A stretch of DNA of 64,000 bases from Macrostomum hystrix (lineage: Eukaryota > Animalia > Platyhelminthes). How positions within the stretch are numbered: position 1 is the first letter of the stretch; every line of letters starts with the position of its first letter. Both the position numbers and the translations under genes were made by a program. The stretch is from the NCBI GenBank assembly GCA_950097015.1, contig CATNEN010000038.1:11594001-11658000 (forward strand). Direction: 5' to 3'. Below are positions 50,698 to 64,000 of this stretch, one piece after another. The notes beneath the pieces are model-generated. The model saw nothing but the letters and a program-made list of their open reading frames with translations, was not told the origin of the DNA and did no database searches.

Positions 50698-51045
50698 TGA
50701 GTGGCAGAGCGGTCAAACGCGTTTTCCTTTGGCACCAAGGTCCCGGAGCTCGATTCCGCGGCGAGGCCACATTCATTTGGGGCACGGAGAGAAGGCTTGG
50801 GGGCTTGTCATGTACAATTTACGCCCTTGAAGGCCAACCTCAAATGCACAGGGAAGTGCGCACTGCCTGACGATGAGAAAGTCATGGCAGATGTACACAC
50901 CTGTGTGAGCGTGTGCATGAGTACAGTATTTGTGTGCGAGTGTGCTCAGGAGTCAGAGAAATGTGCAGAATTGCCTCCTCGCTGGCTGCACGTCTAGTGT
51001 CACCAAATGATGTGCCATTGCCCGCAGCCCTTCTGCAATTATTAA
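50698..51045 (+). mobile_element. SINE family A, near full length
   Basis: A-box-like GTGGCAGAGCGG, B-box-like GCTCGATTCC, family body and AT-rich tail. Confidence 0.8.
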
Positions 51046-51198
51046 TATTATTAATATTATTAATGTTAATAATATTATATATTCTCTGGCTAAAGCACCA
51101 TACCATGACATGACAGTAATTTTTACGACCACTCTCGCTGGAAGAAACCAAAAAACAGCGGTAGTGAAAAATGTCAATCATGACTCGATTGCGTGAGC

Positions 51199-54100
51199 CT
51201 ACAAATTTGAATCCATTGTGCTGTCTTCCTGGGCCGTCTCCGGCAGGATTCTACCGGCCACGAATTCAGCCGCTTCCTCGCTGTCTTCTGGAGCTTGACG
51301 AGCCGACGAATCGGCCATTGACTCCGGCGATGACGTAGTCGATGCGGACTCAGCCGCTAACGACGTCTTCGGCAGGGATTGACGGCGTCGCTCCGGTGGC
51401 GGCTTCGGCAGCGTCAGCGGCGGTGACACTGACGGCATCAACGGCGGAATTGTCGCTGGCGGAGGCGGCGGAGTCACTGGCGGTGGTCGCGACGTTGGCA
51501 GTGGCGGTGGGCGAGTCAACGGCCGCTGTGGGGGATCGACTGACGGACGATCGCTCTCAACGTCCAGTACAGGATGTGGCGGCAACTTGGGTATCGGTGG
51601 ACGCTGCTGCTGCTGTTCCTGATTTTGCTCCTGCTGCAGCGGCGGCTGCTGAAACGGTGGCGGACGAGGCGGCGATTTTTTTTTAGTCTGAGTAACAACA
51701 GCGTATTCTTCCGGAAATTCAGCGTCTTCATAGTCAGCTTCAGGGATTTTCGAATCCTGAGGATCACTGTCGCTACTGCTGCTGCTAATAGTTCTCGCTC
51801 CATTGCGGCCACATCTACAGTGACGGCAAATGGAGCTGCCGCCGTTCTGAGCAGGTGGAGAACAGATGCGGCCAGTCAAATCTCTGACTAGGACAGCCTT
51901 CCTATCGCTGCTTTCAAGGATAAACTGAAGCGTGGCATGCCCTGTGCAGCTACGGGCGCCGAAGTCAAAGCTGACCGTCTGGTCGAGATGCCCGAAGCTG
52001 CGGGTAGATTCGGATGCTGATATATAGAAATATAACCAGCGACTTATAGAGACTTCAGGTATCTTGATAGACCTACTCTCCAGTGTCTGATAGACCTACT
52101 CTCCAGTGTCTGATAGACCTACTCTCCAGTGTCTGATAGACCTACTCTCCAGTGTCTGATAGACCTACTCTCCAGTGTCTGATAGACCTACTCTCCAGTG
52201 TCTGATAGACCTACTCTCCAGTGTCTGATAGACCTACTCTCCAGTGTCTGATAGACCTACTCTCCAGTGTCTGATAGACCTACTCTCCAGTGTCTGATAG
52301 ACCTACTCCCCAGTGTCTGATAGACCTACTCCCCAGTGTCTGATAGACCTACTCCCCAGTGTCTGATAGACCTACTCCCCAGTGTCTGGTAGACCTTCTC
52401 TCCAGTGTCTGATAGACCTACTCCCCAGTGTCTGATAGACCTACTCCCCAGTGTCTGGTAGACCTTCTCTCCAGTGTCTGGTAGACCTTCTCCCCAGTGT
52501 CTGGTAGACCTACTCCCCAGTGTCTGATAGACCTACTCCCCAGTGTCTGGTAGACCTTCTCTCCAGTGTCTGATAGACCTACTCCCCAGTGTCTGATAGA
52601 CCTACTCCCCAGTGTCTGGTAGACCTTCTCTCCAGTGTCTGGTAGACCTTCTCCCCAGTGTCTGGTAGACCTACTCCCCAGTTTCTGATAGACCTACTCC
52701 CCAGTGTCTGATAGACCTACTCCCCAGTGTCTGGTAGACCTTCTCTCCAGTGTCTGTTAGACCTACTCTCCAGTGTCTGTTAGACCTTCTCTCCAGTGTC
52801 TGTTAGACCTTCTCTCCAGTGTCTGGTAGACCTACTCCCCAGTGTCTGATAGACCTACTCTCCAGTGTCTGATAGACCTACTCTCCAGTGTCTGATAGAC
52901 CTACTCTCCAGTGTCTGGTAGACCTACTCCCCAGTGTCTGATTGACCTACTCCCCAGTGTATGAGTTGATAATGCTTTCGATTTTCTCCATTCCTTAAGC
53001 TATTCTAGGAGCCAAATTATTGAGTAATTTTTGATGCATCAGCATTTGCGTTTATTAAAATACATTTCATTCTATCATCTGTGACAGCATTGCTCGTAAG
53101 TAACCTGCCTTAGACTTAAGTGTCAACTTTGCCTTCTCTTGGTTTTCTGACGCACAATAAGCGCACAGAGAAGATACAGCTGAATAGATAGTAGATGAAA
53201 ATCTAGCTCAAAACTATATTTAATATTTTTAGGTAGAGTATTAGCATCCCTCTACCTCACCAAAGACAGACAGAAATGTACAGCAAATTAAGCCCCACAA
53301 TAATAAGTCGAGCCACCCTCGCATGCTGTTGCACATCTCCTTGTTACTGTTTAATTTTGGAGCTTTTTATAATTCTGTTTTTTGTTTTCTTCGCTAAAAA
53401 TAAGCAAGGCTTTCATTTGCTATTCAAATCCTTGAGCTAAGCGGCAGCAAGACCCGAGTACCTGCCCAATGCATTATGTGCTCGGAGCAGGCTAAAAGTG
53501 TGAAGATAAGAGCTGCGAGCCTGCAATCTCTATTTCAGTTTTAGTAGTTTGTGTGTGTGTGTACAATCAGAACTATAACCTGTGCTTCTGTTGGAATTGT
53601 ACCTTGCTGTGTAGGATCTGTGCGACTGTGCTATAGACTCGACATTTTACAAAATGGTTGAGCGTAAGGCTTACCAGAAAATTCATTAAGATAAACAATC
53701 ACGTTTTTTGGGGGGGGCTGTCAGCATGCTTTTTGAGGTTGTCAGCATGGATTTGGACGTTGTCAGCATGGATTTGGAGGCTGTCAGCATAGACTTAGAG
53801 GCTGTCAGCATGGATTTGGAAGCTGTCAGCATGGATTTGGGGTTGTCAGCATGGATTTGGAGGCTGTCAGCATAGACTTAGAGGTTGTCAGCATGGATTT
53901 GGAGGCTGTCAGCATGGATTTGGAGGCTGTCAGCATGGATTTGGAGGCTGTCAGCATGGATTTGGAGGCTGTCAGCATGGATTTGGAGGCTGTCAGCATG
54001 GATTTGGAGGCTGTCAGCATGGATTTCGAAGCCGTCAGCATGGATTTGGAGGCTGTCAGCATGGATTTGGAGGCTGTCAGCATGGATTTCGAAGCCGTCA

Positions 54101-55948
54101 GCATGGATTTAGAGGCTGTCAGCATGGATTTGGAGGCTGTCAGCATGGATTTGGAGGCTGTCAGCATGGATTTCGAAGCCGTCAGCATGGATTTAGAGGC
54201 TGTCAGCATGGATTTGGAGGCTGTCAGCATGGATTTGGAGGCTGTCAGCATGGATTCGTAATAAAAAGTAGTGTTATAGACTATTGTACTCGTAATTGGT
54301 TAATCGTCAATAAAAGAGCTGGATAATTAGCTTATTAATTAAATGCATACAACAAATGCCCAGCTATCAGAGAAGCAAACAACCCACCATTTAATCTGAG
54401 CGAACGGCCAGCTGCACAGCAGTCGCAAATCACTGTCGGCAGTCAGAAGCTCCAAATCCTTGTCGGCTAGGTACAGGTAAAACTGATTCGCAATGCGCAA
54501 GCCGATGCTATTTGCCGCGTCAATGCTGCCCTCGTATTTTTCCAGTCGGACAGCGAAGGAGCGAGCTGTTGTCACAGGGCAGGTGTTTAACTTGTATAGA
54601 ACTGTTGAAATTGCACAAATAAAATGATGTCATCGAATTACCTTGATCAAATGACTCATAAATTGTTGAGTTGATGTTAAAGAAGCTTCTATCGCCGCTA
54701 AGTTGGATTCCGCCCTCACTGACTATCGCGTAGTCACCTTCGCCGCCAGTTGGCAGCCATTCCGGCTCCGACTGCACTGGCGGATTCACTCTGACTTCCG
54801 GCCTGAATTCGGCTGTGGTTTCAGAAGTTTGTCTCAAAGTTTTAAAGAAAATTTCAAACTCTTTCTCGTCACCGGTCCTGAATATGTATCGGTCGCCAAA
54901 CATTGCGCGGCTTCGAAGGCTAATCACAAATTTGCCAACATCGATGTTCTTGGTTTTACGTTTTGCTGTCTTGCAATCCGCCAGTTTAATTTGCAACACA
55001 TTTGTGCCATCGGAGCTGCCGCTACTGCTACTTGGCTGCCGGATGTGCTCGTTTTTTGCTGAAACAGCTCCAGCTGACTTTGGTGTCGTTGGGGTCTTTG
55101 GCACTTTGTCGTATGTCACGGTAATAACTCTCGAGTGTTCATTCGCCGATACGAATGCCTTGGTCCAGGACTAAAAAAACAAGTAAAAAATATATAATTT
55201 ACATATTAGCAACTGCATTTATTGCGAATTTTAATTAAGGAATGCAATTTTTTATCTTAAAGTGGGAACAAAAAGTCAATAGCATAGCATAATATATTTT
55301 CTCCTTTTTTCTTATACTTTATGTAATCATAACGATCTTGTGTTGAAGATACCCGGGTAAAAGTCCTTAGCCAGCCGTTGGCCGATGTTGGAAATTATAT
55401 GCACGCCGTGATATAATTTCACAACTTAATCTTGGCTATCCCTATTAAAAACTGCCTAGTTGGGCCATTGTAGTTGCAATAAAGAAATTTGAGAGTTAAA
55501 TAATAATTATTGTCTTGACTTTAAACGGGAAGTAAACGGGAAGTACTATGCCGAAATGCGCGCTTGATAGACCTCATAGTTATTATATCGGCTGGCAAAC
55601 GTCCGACTGGCTAATGTCGCTCTCCCAATAAACCAAGAAGATTAACCAATGACCTGCAGCATGTTTAGAAGTTCATTTAAGTTCGTCTCTTAGTTCTTGT
55701 ATTTCATATTTTTTCATTAGATTAACAAGGCCTCAGAATATTTGACCAGTTTTATTTCCGTATGAATTCCTGGCAACTTAATTTTTCTAACGAACGAGAT
55801 GCATATACAAGCCGGTCACAAATAGTTTTTTAATCAGTTATCACGCTGGTGCATCAGTGAGACTGCTAATATTTCTACTTACGTCGCTCGATAAACCTTT
55901 AAGGGATTTCGTTTGAACTTCAAATGACGAGAAGTCCTTCTTATTCAT
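51199..55948 (-). CDS. DOK/IRS-like adaptor (PH-like, IRS-type PTB, Pro-rich tail), exons 55883-55948, 54642-55170, 54388-54601, 51199-51997, ~535 aa
   Basis: Spliced frame gives ...LLCSWPFAQIKCFGHLDQTVSFDFGARSCTGHATLQF..., resembling the DOK/FRS2 PTB motif WP...RRYG....FSFE.GR.C..G.G.F.F. N-terminus is PH-like; tail has YEDA and YAVV sites and PxxP runs. Confidence 0.7.
52066..52960. repeat. 23-bp intronic minisatellite GATAGACCTACTCTCCAGTGTCT
   Basis: Direct tandem units. Confidence 0.95.
53717..54256. repeat. 21-bp intronic minisatellite GCTGTCAGCATGGATTTGGAG
   Basis: Direct tandem units. Confidence 0.95.
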
Positions 55949-57900
55949 CTAAAAATATAGTTTTATTAAGTTTAGGAAGAAAATTTACTACTAGATTTGG
56001 ATTTAAAGTTTCAAATTTCCGCACCGATCAGTCCAAGTGTGTCTTAGAAATAAGCAAAGTTAAAATTGTTCGACGAAGCGATGAGGATATTAACCTTATT
56101 TTTTCAGATAGCATTATTCTAAAAAATAAAAAATTCTCATGCGATTTTTATTTTATATGGAATGCAATGAATTGTATTTTTATAGTAAAATTTCTAGACT
56201 AAACTCTTTTTTTTGTTTGTCTTGTTAGGCCTTTTGCGCTTTTCTAATTAATAAAAAATATTAAAATAACTGAACTGGCAATTCACTAAAAGGAACAAAA
56301 CTACTGGCCCCAGCTTAATCAGCCAATTGTATAAACTTTGTTCAAAGTCCAAGTGGGCTAACTAACCGTAATGAATAATGTAGCAGAACAATTTGAATTT
56401 AAGAATATCTAATTACCAACATGCATAAATGAATGCATTACATAATTTACATGCATAAAATGTAGAGCACTTACTTGAACTGCACTGCACTGAAGTGACT
56501 GAACTGCTACAAATATTATATAAAAAGTTAGTAGGCCTACTTGCGTTAGTAATTTGGTTTCGTTGCAGCGTTGCTTTAGCTAGTGTCAAAATATTGACCT
56601 AAAGGCTTCTATTTTAGTCTGGCTGGGGCCTTGGCTGAGACTGGCCCCAACCACAGCCAGCCAACCCATTTTTAACATTTTAGGACAACATTCATGTTTT
56701 TCTAGAAGTATTATTGTTATTGGCATATTTCGAATATATGTCTAACATTATTTTTATACAGCTATTACAGGATTTAAGACAACATTCTATCTTTTTTGTT
56801 TACCAATTAAGTGCATCACAGACAAGTCTTTATTGTTGGGCCAAGTGTGTCATAATTTTATGTGTTTTTTTAGAAATCAATGTATAAATGTACATTTCTA
56901 TTCTTATCATTGGCTTGCTTGACACCAAAATTTTGTTTGCCATTCCTATGTTTAAAGTTTGAACTGATTTAAAGGCCTATAGGCCTACTCTGTTGTCTAG
57001 TGTAGGGTTCTTTGTACTCAGTTTGTCTTATTATTCATTTATTATTGATCAAACAATTCAATGTCAAAGAAAGAATTCACAATTTTCAGTGCACAAAAAT
57101 TTGGGCCAAATAATAAAGTTGCTATAATGATGCAAATCAGATTTAAATAATTAAGATAAAGGAAGTTCATTAGCTAGATCTGGCCCACAGTCTAGAGATC
57201 CATTGTGGTCTCTTGTTGTTGGTCCATTTTGGTGTTTATACAGACGTTATGTAATCTGCTTAAATGTGTTTTTAAGCTACAAGAATGCTATGCAGTCTGC
57301 TTCACATTTTCATATTTTTATAGTTTTAGATAATGATTAGGTTGTAGTTGCTTTGTCAAAGTTGATTTATTACTTGCATGTTGATTAAGTTGATTTTTGC
57401 TTGTCTATTCTCCTCATGATACTCAACTCAATGAGTTTTCCAAATGTACATAGTTTTGTAATAGACATTCATTGCACATTTCCTATGTTTCCCATTGATA
57501 GTATTAATCACTTAGGAGATTTAGTTTATGATTTCATACTTTGGCTTAGATTTCTGATTGCTGACTTGAAAGGAAAACAATTTGAAATTTTATCATATTC
57601 TGAAAGGCATTTTTAGGATTGTCATTGTTACAAAAGTGACTTTTTTATAGTTGAATACATTTTTAGACTAAGGTTTCTTTTATGTAGGCAAAAGCAAGTT
57701 TATTTTTGTTTACACTGGTTTACGCTTATTTATTAAAATATGTTCCATGTAAATAAAAGTTTAAAATTATTTTTATACAATTTTTAAAAAATTTTAATTC
57801 AAATATTTTTCTGGCTCTCACTAGCTCATCAAAACTGACCTTTAAAAAAGTAAAAGAGAGAAAGGATTGTTTCTAATATAACAAAAATTTGTTTGGATGA

Positions 57901-62377
<4,477 letters not shown>

Positions 62378-63281
62378 TTGATGTGTTTATTGACTGTCCG
62401 TCTGACTGACACCTGTTCGTGTCTTCCGGTTTTAGGTTCGTGTTGGTATGTTGGTAGAGAAGTTATGGTGCAGATTTTCAATGTGACTTTTTTCCCATGG
62501 TAGAGGCTAGATGTTGTCTATTAAGATGAGATTTGGAAGAAAGATACGAGTATGTATTTAGAGTCGCTTTGAAAAGCCGTTTTCTGCTATTCATTCTGTT
62601 AACAAGGGTTGCTTCCGCGTTCACCCAAGTTTAGAAAATGTGTGATAAGATAAGTTTATGTGAGGTCAGAATTATCGCATTGTTATAAATGAGAATCTCG
62701 TGCAATATTTTTGTTTACAACTTTTGTTTTATTGACGCTTTACACTGGTTTTGTGTGTATTTTTCTGTTTCCACCATATATTACCCGAGAAATAGCTTTT
62801 GCTTTTCTCATGAAAAAGACGAATTATACGAGCTATATTTTCTGTTGTTTTTTGTCGTTGGTGTATTCAGTACTTTGCTGGTCTCGAACCACTCGTTTTT
62901 CGTTTTTTGTTTAAATGATTTAAGCTGGATTTTGTGTCAAGAATCGTGAGAAAATATTATAAGATCATCGATATTATCGATTATACTCTTATAAAATATT
63001 ATAAGAGTAGAATTATCGATAGGAATAATTAGTGTCCCGTAGAATTATCGCTTAAATTCATTGGTGTTCCGTAGGATTATCAATGGTTATTATATTTTTC
63101 AAGCGGGAGGAAAAGGAAAGATAGTCCATTTTGTCTCTAAGGATTTATTTACCTTGTCGGATTATTGAGAATTCGCTGTAATTGAGGAGCAAATTAAGTT
63201 CATAATAAAACTTGACCCGCAGCAGCAGTGACGTCATTGAGCTAAAAATAGCTCCATTTGCTTAGCTACAATTTGAAAGCT

Positions 63282-63932
63282 ATGCGCCGTTCGGTGCCGC
63301 ATCGCCAGGAAGCCGACGATGCGTCCTCGGCTGCTGGCACGACTGCGTCGGCTGCTGCCGCGGCGATGCGCGCCGAGATGGCCGGCATCGGCGCCGGCGA
63401 CAGCTTCGCCCGCCTGTTGGCCGCCGCAGAGGCTGCTGCCAAGGAGTCCAATTCGTCCTCTTCTTCTTCGACTCCTTCGGCCTCGCCATTCTCCCTGGCC
63501 AATGTCTGCTGGCTGTTGGCCGCACTGGCTCTGTTGGGCTACACGGATCTGGTGCCGCTGGTTCTGTTCGACTCTTCCCGGCTTAGGCGCGGCTGGCTCG
63601 CTGCTGGCGCCGCGTTTATCGGCGTCACCCTCTGCCTGGCGCTGTACTGCGCCATCTACCTGACTACTTACCTGCGAGTGCCCTCCAGTCAATGGGAACA
63701 CCGCCATCCGGCCCTTATACCAATAGCTGCGGCAAGCTTTGTACTGGGCAGTCTGTGCCTTACCTTCGCTCTGTGGCCAGTGTACCACCTGCTCACGCTG
63801 CCAATATTGTTTACCTTGTTAGTGGCTTGCGCTATACTAGTTGCTATGATACCCACCAGCTTGCTGCCTGACGCCCCGGAGCCCGAAGATGCAGCCTCTA
63901 ATGATGAAGATGATGAACGAAAATCTGACTGA
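63282..63932 (+). CDS. TMEM128: Transmembrane protein 128-like, single exon, ~216 aa
   Basis: Four hydrophobic segments with YCAIYL...HPALIPIAAASF..G..C...ALWPV...LT..ILFT, matching the TMEM128 pattern from memory. Confidence 0.8.
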   Translation: MRRSVPHRQEADDASSAAGTTASAAAAAMRAEMAGIGAGDSFARLLAAAEAAAKESNSSSSSSTPSASPFSLANVCWLLAALALLGYTDLVPLVLFDSSRLRRGWLAAGAAFIGVTLCLALYCAIYLTTYLRVPSSQWEHRHPALIPIAAASFVLGSLCLTFALWPVYHLLTLPILFTLLVACAILVAMIPTSLLPDAPEPEDAASNDEDDERKSD

Positions 63933-64000
63933 AAATTCAAAGCTGAATGAGCGAAAGACGGATTAGATAGAGGTTGTGTCAAGCTGGAATCCAACTTTGA

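Noticed and set aside
50698-50770. tRNA-like sequences (also ~19110-19182, ~2040-2105, ~520-570, ~29890-29950)
   Set aside because: A/B boxes without a complete cloverleaf, and most are attached to SINE bodies, so they are not called as tRNA genes.

Overview
Eukaryotic (animal) genomic DNA with GC-rich spliced exons, AT-rich spacers, tRNA-derived SINEs, DNA-transposon relics and many unrelated minisatellites. The style suggests a free-living flatworm such as Macrostomum, but that is inference only. Genes reconstructed by eye from GT-AG junctions and reading frame: a DUF4476/PROSER1-N-like gene (-), a class IIa HDAC (+), a C2H2-zinc-finger plus TALE-homeodomain gene (+), a DOK-like PH-PTB adaptor (-), SRP54 (+) and TMEM128 (+). 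The most unusual feature is a four-copy family of ~550-600 bp units at 6.9-17.0 kb. Each has a TATA-like box, most have upstream MEF2-consensus sites and a downstream AATAAA, and all share a ~99% identical ~370-nt self-complementary core. In copies 1 and 2 the core is closed by a ~40-bp basal duplex that differs between copies yet stays base-paired. The copies form nested inverted repeats around a degenerate Crypton-type tyrosine-recombinase fragment and look mosaic. This is a candidate undescribed hairpin-RNA gene family with a constant scaffold and a variable duplex. All coordinates were read by hand; repeat boundaries are approximate.
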